From: Anaeromyxobacteraceae bacterium
GTDB lineage: Bacteria > Myxococcota > Myxococcia > Myxococcales > Anaeromyxobacteraceae
Direction: 5' to 3'
NCBI GenBank assembly: GCA_047602405.1
Contig: JASGHJ010000001.1
Coordinates: 768,001-832,000, forward strand
Length of the DNA: 64,000 nucleotides
Shown: piece after piece, positions 47,054 through 57,290 of the stretch
Layout of the letters: the number at the start of each line of letters is the position of its first letter
Position numbering within the stretch: position 1 is the first letter of the stretch
The notes under the pieces: generated by a model
Told to the model about the DNA's origin: nothing
Databases searched by the model: none
The model's input: the letters and a program-made list of their open reading frames with translations, nothing else
Program-made: the position numbers and the translations under genes

Positions 47054-48958
47054 ATGATAGTGGAAACCGTGGCTCCGGTGGACCTCGCCCAGCACCTCGC
47101 CCGGCTCGGGGCGCTCCTCGCCGCGGAGCGGGACGAGGAGAAGGCGCGCCTCGACGACGCGCGCCGGCGGCTCTCGCTCTCCGAGCGCGAGGCGCGCGGG
47201 CTCGCGCTCGCGGACGTGGAGGCGCTGGACGAGGCGGGCCTCGCGGGCCGGGCGCTCGTGACGTACGGGCGGCAGGGGCGGCCGCTCGGCGGCGCGCGCG
47301 TCGGGGTGGGGTCGCTCGTGTCGGTCACCCTCAGGCGCGACACCCCGGAGGACGCGCCGAGGGGCGTCGTCGCCCGCCGCACCCGCAACGCGCTCGGGGT
47401 GGTCTTCGACGAGCCGCCGCCGGACTGGGCGACCTCGGGCCGCGTGGTGCTCGAGCTCGAGCCGTCGCCGGTGACCTGGGAGCGGCTCTCCGGCGCGCTC
47501 GCGCGGGTCCGCGACGAGCAGGCCGGGAAGCGCTGGCACGAGGTGCTCGGCGGGGCGGCGCCGCGGTTCTCGTCGCGGCCGCGAGGGCCGGCGCTCGCGC
47601 ACGCGCTCAACGCCGAGCAGGCCGCCGCGCTCGACCTCGCCGACCGCGCCGACGACGTCGCGCTCGTGCACGGGCCGCCCGGCACCGGGAAGACCACGGT
47701 GCTCGTGGAGGTCGTGCGCCGCGCGGTCGCGCGCGGGGAGAAGGTGCTCGCGGCCGCGCCCTCGAACCTCGCGGTGGACAACCTCGCCGAGCGGCTCTCC
47801 GCGGCGGGGCTCCGCTGCGTGCGCGCCGGCCACCCGGCCCGCGTGCTGCCGCAGCTCCTCGACCTCACGCTCGAGGCGCAGGCCGCGGCGCACGAGTCGG
47901 CGCGCATCGCGAAGGGGCTCGTGGACGAGGCGCTGCAGCTCCGGCGCGACGCCCGCAAGCGCAAGCAGAAGCGTGGCCCGGGGCGCTTCAGCGAGGCGCG
48001 GGCGCAGGAGCGCGACGCGCGGGCGCTCCTCTCGGAGGCGCGCGCCCTCGAGGCGCGGGCCGAGGCCGAGGTGCTCGATCGGGCGGACGTCGTGCTCGCG
48101 ACGCTCACCTCGCTCGACGGCCCCGCGCTCGCGGGCCGGCGGTGGGCGCTCGCGGTCGTCGACGAGGCGACGCAGGCGGTGGAGCCGGCGGCGTACCTCG
48201 CGCTGCTCCGGGTCGAGCGCGCGGTGCTCGCCGGCGATCACCTGCAGCTCCCGCCCACGGTGCTCTCGGCGGCGGCGCAGGCGGGCGGCCTGGGGACGTC
48301 GCTCTTCGAGCGGCTGGTCGCGGCCCACGGCGACGCCGTGAAGGTGACGCTCGCGGAGCAGCACCGGATGAACGCGAAGATCATGGCGTTCCCCTCCGAG
48401 GCGCTCTACGGCGGCGCGCTCAGGGCCCACCCGGCCGCTGCGGACCGCCACCTCGACGACGCGCCGCTCGAGGTGGTCGACACCTCCGGCCGCGGCTTCG
48501 AGGAGGAGACGCCGGAGGGCTCGGAGTCGAAGGTGAACCCGGGCGAGGCGGCGCTGGTCGCCGACGAGGTGCGGGCGATCCTCGCGCGCGGGCTCGCGCC
48601 GGCGGAGGTCGCCGTCATCGCCGCGTACGACGCGCAGGTGCAGCGGCTGCGGGACCTCCTGGCCGCCGAGGTCGAGGCGGGCCTCGAGGTGGACACGGTG
48701 GACGGGTTCCAGGGCCGCGAGAAGGAGGCCGTGGTGGTCTCGCTCGTGCGCGCGAACGCCGACGGCGAGGTCGGCTTCCTCGCGGACGTGCGGCGGATGA
48801 ACGTCGCGATCACCCGGGCGCGGGCGAAGCTCGTGGTGGTCGGCGACGGGGCCACCGTCGCGCGGCACCCGTTCTACGGGCGGTTCATCGAGCACGCCGA
48901 GGCCGCGGGGGCGTGGCGGAGCGCCTGGGAGCGGGGGGCTTCCGAGCACTCGTCCTGA
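47054..48958 (+). CDS. SF1 helicase, IGHMBP2/Upf1/DNA2-like
   Basis: GPPGTGKTT, APSNLAVD, VDEATQ, GDHLQLPP, QHRMN, VDGFQGRE, RRMNVAITRA. Confidence 0.93.
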   Translation: MIVETVAPVDLAQHLARLGALLAAERDEEKARLDDARRRLSLSEREARGLALADVEALDEAGLAGRALVTYGRQGRPLGGARVGVGSLVSVTLRRDTPEDAPRGVVARRTRNALGVVFDEPPPDWATSGRVVLELEPSPVTWERLSGALARVRDEQAGKRWHEVLGGAAPRFSSRPRGPALAHALNAEQAAALDLADRADDVALVHGPPGTGKTTVLVEVVRRAVARGEKVLAAAPSNLAVDNLAERLSAAGLRCVRAGHPARVLPQLLDLTLEAQAAAHESARIAKGLVDEALQLRRDARKRKQKRGPGRFSEARAQERDARALLSEARALEARAEAEVLDRADVVLATLTSLDGPALAGRRWALAVVDEATQAVEPAAYLALLRVERAVLAGDHLQLPPTVLSAAAQAGGLGTSLFERLVAAHGDAVKVTLAEQHRMNAKIMAFPSEALYGGALRAHPAAADRHLDDAPLEVVDTSGRGFEEETPEGSESKVNPGEAALVADEVRAILARGLAPAEVAVIAAYDAQVQRLRDLLAAEVEAGLEVDTVDGFQGREKEAVVVSLVRANADGEVGFLADVRRMNVAITRARAKLVVVGDGATVARHPFYGRFIEHAEAAGAWRSAWERGASEHSS

Positions 48959-49031
48959 GAACCATCACGGGTGGCCGGGGAGCCGACCCGGCTGACGTGC
49001 GCGCCAGTATGATAGTTGTTATACTTGGGCC

Positions 49032-49346
49032 GTGACCGCCAAGTCCGAACCCTCCCGCCACATCTCGACGATGGACCTCCGCGCCCGCCTCGGTGACGTC
49101 CTCGACCGGGTGCGGCTCCGCTTCGATACCTTCGTCGTCGAGCGCAAGGGCGAGGAGATCGCCGCGATCGTGCCGGTCGAGCGTATGCGCCGGCTGGAGG
49201 AGTTCGCGCGGCGCCGGGCCGACGAGCTGGAGGCCCATCAGCGCGAGGCCGCCGGCGAGGCCAGCGAGCAGGACGTCGAGCAGCAGCTTCGGGAGTCGCT
49301 GGCGGACGTCCGCGCTGAGCGGGCCCGCAAGGGCAAGCGCCGGTGA
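49032..49346 (+). CDS. Phd/YefM-family antitoxin
   Basis: ISTMDLRARLGDVLDRV...FVVERKGEEIAAIVP; overlaps the PIN gene. Confidence 0.85.
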   Translation: MTAKSEPSRHISTMDLRARLGDVLDRVRLRFDTFVVERKGEEIAAIVPVERMRRLEEFARRRADELEAHQREAAGEASEQDVEQQLRESLADVRAERARKGKRR

Positions 49347-49777
49347 GGCCCTGGCGGGTGGTGCTGGACACGATGGTCTGGCTCAGCGCCGCGGTGAACC
49401 CGCTCGGCGCGCCAGGCGAGATCGTCCGGCTCGCCCGCTCCGGCGCCTTCCGGATCGTGACCTCCTCGGCCATCCACGAGGAGATCGCCGACGTGCTCAC
49501 CCGCCCCGGGAACCGGCGGCTGTTCCACCCGCACTTCGACGCGGCCGAATGGCTCGACCTGGTGGAGTTCGCCGCCGCGGACGTCATCGAGGACACGCTC
49601 GGGCCGCGCGTCTCTGTGGATCCCAAGGACGACATGTTCTGCTGGGCGGCGTACACCGGCGCCGCCACGCACATCGTCTCGAAGGACCCCGACCTCCGGA
49701 ACCTGAAGCACTACCGGGGCGCCCAGGTGCTCGAGCCTCGCGCCTTCCTCGAGGCGTTCCGGGCGCGGCTCGCCTGA
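49343..49777 (+). CDS. PIN-domain toxin
   Basis: VVLDT, EEIADVL, DPKDD, IVSKDPDL acidic PIN residues. Confidence 0.9.
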   Translation: MRPWRVVLDTMVWLSAAVNPLGAPGEIVRLARSGAFRIVTSSAIHEEIADVLTRPGNRRLFHPHFDAAEWLDLVEFAAADVIEDTLGPRVSVDPKDDMFCWAAYTGAATHIVSKDPDLRNLKHYRGAQVLEPRAFLEAFRARLA

Positions 49778-49795
49778 CGTTGCTCGGGCGTGCTG

Positions 49796-50239
49796 TCAGG
49801 ACTTGCGCTTCGCACTTCGGCGCTTCCTGGTGCGCGGGACGACATAGAAGGTGACCTCGTCGGCCATCGACGCCAGCTTGCGGAGCAGGGGACCCTCGGA
49901 TCCGAAGTCGGCGGGCAGTTCGGGCGGCTCCCACCAGATCTCGAGCTTCGTCCACTCACCGTCTTCCCGTGCGAGGCGAGCGAGCGTGCGGCGGTGCGGC
50001 CAGAGCAAGGCGAGCAGGGCCTTCGCGGCCCCGTCGACCTCCGACGAGTTCCCGTCGGACGTGGCCTCGCACTCGAGCTCCCACTTGCCCCAGGGCGGGG
50101 GAATCTGTTTCCCCGGCCGCCGCTCGCCGCGGCGGAGCTTGCTCGTCGGCTCGATCCCGGTCGCCTTCGTCAGGCGATCGGGATCCAGGTCACGGCCGCA
50201 GACGGCCCACGCCACCCGCGCGAGCAAGCGTTCCTTCAC
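49796..50239 (-). CDS. DUF4279-like hypothetical protein
   Basis: GTGA overlap with the DUF885 stop; DLDPDRLTKATGIEPT...GE...WEL pattern. Confidence 0.65.
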   Translation of the reverse strand: MKERLLARVAWAVCGRDLDPDRLTKATGIEPTSKLRRGERRPGKQIPPPWGKWELECEATSDGNSSEVDGAAKALLALLWPHRRTLARLAREDGEWTKLEIWWEPPELPADFGSEGPLLRKLASMADEVTFYVVPRTRKRRSAKRKS

Positions 50240-51984
50240 TTGATCGGCTCCCCGAACATCAGCGCCCGGACGATCCGCACCGGGGGCGCGCCGTAGCTCA
50301 GCAGCTGGTCGTGGTAGGCGCGGGCGTCGAACTTCTTGCCGAGCTTCTTCTCGGCGTACGCGCGCAGGTCGGCGTGCTCCTGGTAGCCGACGAAGTAGGT
50401 GGAGAGCTGGGCGGAGGTGAGCTCGGCGCGGACCCACTTCGCGGCGGCCTCGCGCTCCTCCTGGAAGGCGGTCTCGGTCATGAGCTTCATCGCGGCGTCG
50501 CGGGTCATGCCGTCGACGTGGATGGCGCTGTCGATGATCGCGTTCGTGGTGGCGCGCAGGTACCACTTGAGCTGGATGAGCCGCATCAGGGGATCGGCGG
50601 CGCGGAAGCCGGCGTCGATGGTGATGCGCTCGCCGTACTCGGCCCAGCCCTCGACGAACGAGCCGGACTGGAAGACGTTGCGCAGCGAGAACGGGCTGCG
50701 GTTCGCGTGCGCGCCCTGCAGGTAGTGGCCGGGCATCGCCTCGTGCAGCGTGAGGTTCGCGATGGAGCGCTCGTTGTACTCGCGCAGGAAGGAGTCGACC
50801 TGCTTCTCGGTCCAGTCGGCGGGGATGGGGGAGACCGCGTAGAAGGTGCGCTGCCCGCGGTCGAGCGCGCCGGGCGAGTCGCAGTAGGCGAGCGCGACGC
50901 CCCGCTGGAACTCGGGCATCACGATGATGTCGACGGGCTCGTCCGGCACGGTCACGAAGCCGGCCTGGCGCACGAAGGCGGTCGCCTCGGCGAGCGTCTT
51001 CTTCGCGGTCTCGACCACGGCGTCGCGCGGCGGCCGGTCCGCGTAGGCGAGCTCGAGCGCGGCGGCGATGACGGCCTGCTGCTCGGCGGCGGTGGGCCTC
51101 GCGGGCGCCGGCGGCGCGCCGGGCTTCCCGGCGAGGGCCTTCGTGGAGACGGCGTACATCTCGGCGCGCACGCGCTTCACCTCGGCCTCGGCGCGGCGGC
51201 GGACCTCCTGGCGCGAGAGCGGCGACATGAGCGAGAAGCGGAGCTTCTCGTCGTAGAGCTTCGCGCCGATCCGGAACTCGCCCTTCGCGGCCGGCTTCAT
51301 CGTGCCCTCGAGCCACCGCTGGTGCTCGGCGAGCGCCGCCTTCGCGCCGGCGATGGCCTTCTCGAGGCGGGCCCGGTCGGCGTCGGGGAGCACCTTCAGG
51401 TTCGGCACGACGAGCTCGTCGACGAGGGACAGGACGCCCGGGTTCTGCTTCACGGCGGTCTCGGCGTGGATCGCCGGCACGCGCGCGAGGACGAGGTTCG
51501 CGCGCTCCTGCGCGAGGAGCCGCGGCAGCTTCTCGAGCCGCGCGGCCACCGCGAGGAGCCGCTGCGGGAGCGGCGCGTACTCGCGCGCGAGCAGCGAGTA
51601 GAGCGCGTCGCCGGCGAGGCCGGTGTAGACGAGCGGGTTCCAGGCCCAGTCCTGGAGCTTCGTCTCGTAGAAGTCCGCCGCCCTCAGCTGGTTCTCGAGG
51701 ATGGCGACGTCGGCCTGGTTGGCGCGCGAGAGGTGCGCGCGGTCGAGCTTGTTCAGCCGCTCGAGCCAGGAGCGGGTCCAGGCGAGCGCGGCGGCCCGGC
51801 CCTCGGCCGAGAGGTCGTCGAGCTCGGCGTCGAAGCGGTGCTCGCCGAGCTGGGTCGCGCCGACGGGCGAGTACTTCCCGAACTCGCGGAGGTAGTCGCG
51901 CGTCAGCGTCTCGAACGCGGCGTCGGCGGGGGAGAGCGGCGGCGCGGCGGAGAGGGCGAGGGCGGCGACGAGGGCGAGGGTCAT
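50236..51984 (-). CDS. DUF885 family exported protein (metallopeptidase-like)
   Basis: Signal peptide; LHEAMPGHYLQ, EGWAEY, YFVG. Confidence 0.9.
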   Translation of the reverse strand: MTLALVAALALSAAPPLSPADAAFETLTRDYLREFGKYSPVGATQLGEHRFDAELDDLSAEGRAAALAWTRSWLERLNKLDRAHLSRANQADVAILENQLRAADFYETKLQDWAWNPLVYTGLAGDALYSLLAREYAPLPQRLLAVAARLEKLPRLLAQERANLVLARVPAIHAETAVKQNPGVLSLVDELVVPNLKVLPDADRARLEKAIAGAKAALAEHQRWLEGTMKPAAKGEFRIGAKLYDEKLRFSLMSPLSRQEVRRRAEAEVKRVRAEMYAVSTKALAGKPGAPPAPARPTAAEQQAVIAAALELAYADRPPRDAVVETAKKTLAEATAFVRQAGFVTVPDEPVDIIVMPEFQRGVALAYCDSPGALDRGQRTFYAVSPIPADWTEKQVDSFLREYNERSIANLTLHEAMPGHYLQGAHANRSPFSLRNVFQSGSFVEGWAEYGERITIDAGFRAADPLMRLIQLKWYLRATTNAIIDSAIHVDGMTRDAAMKLMTETAFQEEREAAAKWVRAELTSAQLSTYFVGYQEHADLRAYAEKKLGKKFDARAYHDQLLSYGAPPVRIVRALMFGEPIK

Positions 51985-52054
51985 CGTGGGGCCTCCAGGG
52001 GCTTCGACGGTCGGCGCGGGTGGGAGGTCGGCAGTATGAGCTACCTTGCGGGTG

Positions 52055-52858
52055 ATGATCGAGCGCTCCTTCCGGATCGCCCCGGGCGTGGGGGCGGAGC
52101 TCGAGACGCGCCTGTGGCGCGCCGGGTTCCGGCACTGGGACGACTACCCCGCCGCGCGGCCGGAGGGGCTCGTGCCGGCGCCGGTGCACGCGCGGCTCAC
52201 GGCGGCGATCGCCCGCGGCCGCGACGCGCTCCGGATCCGCGACGCCGACGCGCTCGCGACGCTGCTCCCGCGCATCGAGCGGTGGCGCCTCTACGCCACC
52301 TTCCGCGACGAGGCGGCGTTCCTCGACATCGAGCAGGACGGGGACGCCATCACCGCGATCGGGATCCTCGACGCGCGCGGGCCGCGGATCCTGCTGGCCG
52401 GCCGCGACCTCGACACGTTCCCGGAGGTGGCCGAGGGCTGGACGTTGCTCGCGACCTACAACGGGACCTCCTTCGACGTGCCGGCGCTCCGGCACGCGTT
52501 CCCGTCCTGGCGGCCGCCGCGCGCGCACGTGGACCTGAGGCACCTGTGGAGCCGGCTCGGGCACCGGGGCGGGCTGAAGCTCCTCGAGCACGAGGCCGGG
52601 GTGGGCCGGCCGCCGGAGCTCGAGGGGCTCTCCGGCGGCGACGCCGTCCGGCTCTGGCGCGCGCACCTCGAGGGCGACCGCGAGGCCCTGCGGCTCTTCG
52701 CCGAGTACAACCTGCACGACGCGGTGAACCTCCGGACGCTGCTTGACCTCGGCTACAACCGGATGATCGAGCGGCTGCGGCTCCCGGCGCCGCCGGTGCC
52801 GGTCTCCGAGCGGGGCGACGTGCGGTACGACATGACGAAGGTCGTGATGGGGCTGTGA
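52055..52858 (+). CDS. YprB-like RNase H-fold exonuclease domain protein
   Basis: FLDIE, TYNGTSFD, GGLKLLE, YNLHD. Confidence 0.88.
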   Translation: MIERSFRIAPGVGAELETRLWRAGFRHWDDYPAARPEGLVPAPVHARLTAAIARGRDALRIRDADALATLLPRIERWRLYATFRDEAAFLDIEQDGDAITAIGILDARGPRILLAGRDLDTFPEVAEGWTLLATYNGTSFDVPALRHAFPSWRPPRAHVDLRHLWSRLGHRGGLKLLEHEAGVGRPPELEGLSGGDAVRLWRAHLEGDREALRLFAEYNLHDAVNLRTLLDLGYNRMIERLRLPAPPVPVSERGDVRYDMTKVVMGL

Positions 52859-52863
52859 GTCCC

Positions 52864-52913
52864 GCCCCTCGTCTTCGGGCCCGCTTCGCGGGCCCTACGC
52901 TCGGGGCGAACGG
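52864..52913. repeat. REP-like palindromic element
   Basis: GCCCCTCGTCTTCG-GGCCCGC-TTC-GCGGGCC-CTACGCTCGGGGCGAACGG. Confidence 0.85.
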
Positions 52914-53004
52914 AAGTGGGCGCTCCCGACGGCCCGGACGTTTCGAAAGATGAAGCCGCCCGTCCTGCGCTGGCGCCCGCCCGGTCCTGCGTTATCGATG
53001 GGGC

Positions 53005-54042
53005 GTGTCCGGCCCCCTCCTCCGCGCCCTCGCCGCCACCCTCGCGCTCGCCATGCCCGATCCCGCCTTCGTGACCCTCCGCGACGCCGACGGTCGCTTC
53101 GTGAACCCGGACGGCGAGCCGCCGGCGGGCTTCGGCAGCGTCCTCAGGTGGAAGCTCTGGGACGGGATCACCGGCAAGAACCGCAGCGCGCCCGACCGTG
53201 CGCCGGTGCCGTTCGTGAAGGCCGACGCCGCGCGGCTCGCGACGCCGCCGGCGCCCGGCGAGCCTGCCCGGATCACCTGGCTCGGCCACGCGAGCTTCCT
53301 CGTGCAGCTCGACGGCGTCTCGCTCCTCGTCGACCCGGCGCTGCGCGAGCACATCTTCCCGCGCATCGCCCGCAACGTGCCGCCGGGGCTCGGGTTCGAG
53401 GAGCTCCCGCCCATCGACGCCGTGCTCGTCTCGCACTCGCACTACGACCACCTCGACCTCCCGACCCTCGAGCGCGTGAAGGCGCCGGTCGTGGCGGGGC
53501 TGGGCCTCGGGCGGCTCTTCGAGAAGGCGCACCTCGCGGCGACCGAGCTCGGCTGGTGGGACACGACCGAGGTGAAGGGCGTGAAGGTCACCTTCGTGCC
53601 GGCGAAGCACTGGAGCCGCCGGGGCGTCGGCGACGTGAACGAGACGCTCTGGGGAGGGTTCGTGGTCGAGGGCTCGACGGCGACCGTCTACCACTCGGGC
53701 GACACCGCCTACTTCGCGGGCTTCGGCGCCATCGGCCGGCGCTTCCCCGACATCGACGCCGCGCTCCTGCCCATCGGCGCGTACGACCCCCGCTGGTTCA
53801 TGAAGAAGCAGCACATGAACCCCGAGGATGCGCTGCAGGCCTTCGGCGACCTCGGCGCCCGCACCTTCGTCGCCATGCACTGGGGCACCTTCAAGCTCAC
53901 CGACGAGCCGCTGGACGAACCGCCCGTCCGCCTGGACGCGGAGCGGGTCCGGCTCGGGCTCCCGGCCGGGCGCGTCCGGGTGCCGGCGGTCGGCGAGACG
54001 CTGGAGGTGGCCCGGAGCGCCCCTCCCGCCCCCGGCCGCTGA
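53005..54042 (+). CDS. MBL-fold hydrolase (NAPE-PLD-like)
   Basis: WLGHAS, SHSHYDHLD, PAKHWS, GDTAY, LPIGAY, MHWGTF. Confidence 0.9.
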   Translation: MSGPLLRALAATLALAMPDPAFVTLRDADGRFVNPDGEPPAGFGSVLRWKLWDGITGKNRSAPDRAPVPFVKADAARLATPPAPGEPARITWLGHASFLVQLDGVSLLVDPALREHIFPRIARNVPPGLGFEELPPIDAVLVSHSHYDHLDLPTLERVKAPVVAGLGLGRLFEKAHLAATELGWWDTTEVKGVKVTFVPAKHWSRRGVGDVNETLWGGFVVEGSTATVYHSGDTAYFAGFGAIGRRFPDIDAALLPIGAYDPRWFMKKQHMNPEDALQAFGDLGARTFVAMHWGTFKLTDEPLDEPPVRLDAERVRLGLPAGRVRVPAVGETLEVARSAPPAPGR

Positions 54043-54147
54043 TCCGGATCATTTACCGCACCCCCGCCCGCGCGACACCGGCTCCGGGGGTCCCCGACCC
54101 CGTTCCAAGGCGGCGCGGCAGCGGGTATCTTCCCGGCAGGTCGTCCG

Positions 54148-54837
54148 ATGTTCACTCGCTCCAGCGCATCCCTCGTCCTCGCGGGCGCCCTCACGCTCGC
54201 CGGCTGCGATCCGTGGGTCGTCGGCGACGGCGTCTACCACGAGGAGACCCGCTCGCTCCCCGCCTTCGTGGGCGTCTCGGTGCAGGACGGCCTCGACGTC
54301 GAGGTGACCGCCTCGGCATCGTCACAGACGGTGAAGGTGAGCGGCGACGAGAACGTCGTCCCGCACGTCAAGACCGAGGTCGTGAACGAGGCCGGGCTGG
54401 GCCAGACGCTCCAGGTGAAGACGGACGTCGCGCACCTCGACTCCACCCACCCGCTGCGCATCGCCGTCGGGGTGCCGGTGCTCTCGCACGTGCGCGCCGT
54501 GGAGGCCGCGAGCGTCGAGGTGACCCAGGCCGCCGCGCAGTCCTTCGACGTGCACGCGGGCGACGGCGCCGAGGTCCACCTCGCCGGCGCGGGCGGCAAG
54601 CACCTCGCGGCGACGCTGTGGGGCGGCGCGAAGGGCGGCGCGACGCTGCACGCGTACGGCTACGTGGTGTCGGTCGACGCCACGGTCGACCTGGTCGACG
54701 GCGCGGTCGCCGAGCTGCACGCGGACGGCCCGGTCTCCGGCACCGTGAAGTCGGGCGCGGTGCTTGAGAACGCGGGCGACGGGCTCTGCACCGCCGTGAC
54801 GGCGAGCGGCGGCGGCACCGTGAGCTGCCATCCCTGA
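54148..54837 (+). CDS. Lipoprotein with DUF2807/GIN domain
   Basis: Lipobox LAGC; GDG...ETRSLPAF...VSGDENVVPHV. Confidence 0.75.
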   Translation: MFTRSSASLVLAGALTLAGCDPWVVGDGVYHEETRSLPAFVGVSVQDGLDVEVTASASSQTVKVSGDENVVPHVKTEVVNEAGLGQTLQVKTDVAHLDSTHPLRIAVGVPVLSHVRAVEAASVEVTQAAAQSFDVHAGDGAEVHLAGAGGKHLAATLWGGAKGGATLHAYGYVVSVDATVDLVDGAVAELHADGPVSGTVKSGAVLENAGDGLCTAVTASGGGTVSCHP

Positions 54838-54996
54838 GCCGGTCCTGACCCGGACCCCCTGGGGCGTCGGTCACCCGATCGTGCCGTTCGCTCCCACCCC
54901 TCCCCACAGCCGCTGAAACCCTGGATATCGGGCCGATCGGGCGCTTCCACGCAGCACCCGCCGTTCGGGTACGTCCCGTGCAAATCGCCCACGGGC

Positions 54997-57231
54997 ATGA
55001 CCGCCCTGCGGACCCTGCGGACCCAGCTCATCACGACCTTCGCCGTCCTCGCGCTCCTCGTCGGGGGCCTCGCCCTCGCCGGCGCGCCGCCGTTCGTCCT
55101 CGCCCTGTCCGCGCTCGTCGCGGGCGGCGTCGCCGTCGCGATCTCGATGCGCTTCCTGTCCGGCGCGGTCGCGGAGGCCGCGACGACGAGCGCACGCCGC
55201 GACGCCGAGGCGAAGCAGCTCGCGGAGCAGGGCGACTGGTACCGGGGCATCGTCGACGCGGTGCCGTTTCCGATCCACGTCACCGACGCGGACATGAAGT
55301 GGACCTTCATGAACACGGCGTTCGAGAAGCTCATGATCCAGGAGAAGCGGGTCGTGAACCGGGCGAAGGCCGTCGGCATGGACTGCTCGAACGCGAACGC
55401 GAACATCTGCAACACCGACGGCTGCGGCATCCGCCAGCACAGGAAGGGCGTGAAGGAGAGCTACTTCGACTGGTGCGGGATGAAGTGCAAGCAGGACACG
55501 GCCGAGCTCAAGGACAAGGCCGGCAAGGTCATCGGCTACGTCGAGACCGTGACCGACCTCACCGCCATCACGAAGCTCAAGGACGAGGCCGCCGACCGCG
55601 CCGCCTGGTACGAGGCGATCCTCGACGCCGTCCCGTTCCCGATCCACGTCACCGACGACGACATGAAGTGGACCTTCATGAACCGGTCGTTCGAGAAGCT
55701 CATGATCCAGGAGAAGCGGGTCGTGGACCGGCGCCAGGCCGTCGGCATGGCGTGCTCGAACGCGTCGGCCAACATCTGCAACACCGACAAGTGCGGCATC
55801 GCCCAGCTGAAGCAGGGCAAGGCGGAGAGCTACTTCGACTGGTGCGGGATGCACTGCAAGCAGGACACCGCGCCGCTCCTCGACCGCAACGGCAAGCGCG
55901 TCGGCTTCGTCGAGACCGTCACCGACCTCACCGCGCTCATCCGCACGCGCAACTACTCCCAGGTCGAGGTGGAGCGGCTCGCCGCGAACCTCGCGAAGCT
56001 GGCGAAGGGCGACCTCGCGGTCGACCTCGAGGTCGGGAAGGCCGACCAGCACACCGAGCAGGCCGCGCAGGACTTCCGGAAGATCGGCGCGCAGCTCACG
56101 CAGGTGACGCACGCGGTGCAGGCGCTCGTGGGCGACGCGAAGATGCTGGCGGGCGCCGCGGTCGAGGGCCGGCTCGCGACCCGCGCCGAGGCCGCGAAGC
56201 ACCAGGGCGCCTACCGCGACGTGGTCGACGGCGTGAACCGCACGCTCGACACGGTCATCGCCCCTGTGAAGGAGGCGACCGGCGTCCTCGAGCGCATCGC
56301 GAAGCGCGACCTGCGCGCCCGCGTCACCGGCGACTTCCAGGGCGACCACTCGAGCCTCAAGGAGGCCGTGAACTCCTCCGCCAACGCGCTCAACGAGGCG
56401 CTCGCGCAGGTCGCGATCGCCGTCGAGCAGGTGAACGGCGCCGCCACCCAGATCGCCGCCTCCTCGCAGGCGGTGGCCGCGGGCGCCTCCGAGCAGGCCG
56501 CGTCGCTGCAGCAGACCACCGCCTCGGTCGAGACGGTCTCGTCCATGACCCAGCGCTCCGCCGAGAACGCGCAGCAGGCGGCCGTGCTCGCCACCTCCGC
56601 GCGCCACGCCGCGACCGAGGGCGCCGAGGCCGTGAAGCAGCTCGACGAGGCGATGGTGAAGATCAAGGCCTCCGCCGAGGGCACCTCGCAGATCATCAAG
56701 GACGTCTCGGACATCGCGTTCCAGACGAACCTGCTCGCGCTCAACGCGGCCGTCGAGGCCGCCCGCGCGGGCGACGCCGGCCGCGGCTTCGCGGTCGTCG
56801 CCGAGGAGGTCCGGTCGCTCGCGCAGCGCGCGAAGGAGGCCGCCCAGAAGACCGAGGACCTCATCCGCCAGTCGGTGAAGCAGGCCGGCGAGGGCGAGGC
56901 CGCCGCGGTGCAGGTCGCCGGGCAGCTCCGCCAGATCCAGACCGGCATCGGCAAGGTCACCGACATCGTCCAGGAGATCGCGGGCGCCGCGAAGGAGCAG
57001 ACCCAGGGCATCGACCAGGTCAACTCCGCGGTCACGCAGATGGACAAGGTCACGCAGCAGAACGCCGCCTCCGCCGAGGAGTCCTCCTCCGCGGCGAGCG
57101 AGCTCAGCGGCCAGGCCGAGGAGCTCGCGTCGATGGTGGCGACGTTCCAGCTCGAGCGGCAGCAGGGCGGCGGCTTCGTGCCGGCCGGCCTGCCCGCCGC
57201 GCGCCGGCGGCTGCCGAGCCACATGAGCTGA
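54997..57231 (+). CDS. Methyl-accepting chemotaxis protein with two Cys-rich PAS domains
   Basis: N-terminal TM hairpin, two near-identical PAS repeats, HAMP-like segments, [20 protein letters not shown]...GFAVVA. Confidence 0.95.
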   Translation: MTALRTLRTQLITTFAVLALLVGGLALAGAPPFVLALSALVAGGVAVAISMRFLSGAVAEAATTSARRDAEAKQLAEQGDWYRGIVDAVPFPIHVTDADMKWTFMNTAFEKLMIQEKRVVNRAKAVGMDCSNANANICNTDGCGIRQHRKGVKESYFDWCGMKCKQDTAELKDKAGKVIGYVETVTDLTAITKLKDEAADRAAWYEAILDAVPFPIHVTDDDMKWTFMNRSFEKLMIQEKRVVDRRQAVGMACSNASANICNTDKCGIAQLKQGKAESYFDWCGMHCKQDTAPLLDRNGKRVGFVETVTDLTALIRTRNYSQVEVERLAANLAKLAKGDLAVDLEVGKADQHTEQAAQDFRKIGAQLTQVTHAVQALVGDAKMLAGAAVEGRLATRAEAAKHQGAYRDVVDGVNRTLDTVIAPVKEATGVLERIAKRDLRARVTGDFQGDHSSLKEAVNSSANALNEALAQVAIAVEQVNGAATQIAASSQAVAAGASEQAASLQQTTASVETVSSMTQRSAENAQQAAVLATSARHAATEGAEAVKQLDEAMVKIKASAEGTSQIIKDVSDIAFQTNLLALNAAVEAARAGDAGRGFAVVAEEVRSLAQRAKEAAQKTEDLIRQSVKQAGEGEAAAVQVAGQLRQIQTGIGKVTDIVQEIAGAAKEQTQGIDQVNSAVTQMDKVTQQNAASAEESSSAASELSGQAEELASMVATFQLERQQGGGFVPAGLPAARRRLPSHMS

Positions 57232-57235
57232 GCGC

Positions 57236-57290
57236 GTCCCTCGTCTCCGCGGCGGCTCCGCCGCCGCCGCGGTCGGGTCCTACGGGCTCG
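57236..57290. repeat. Degenerate REP-like element between convergent stops
   Basis: GTCCCTCGTCTCCG-CGGCGG-CT-CCGCCG...; the right arm is degenerate. Confidence 0.5.

Noticed and set aside
47054..49777. Helicase + toxin-antitoxin pair as an anti-phage island or mobile element
   Set aside because: No integrase, att-like repeats or recognisable defence partners; the helicase looks like a stand-alone housekeeping type.
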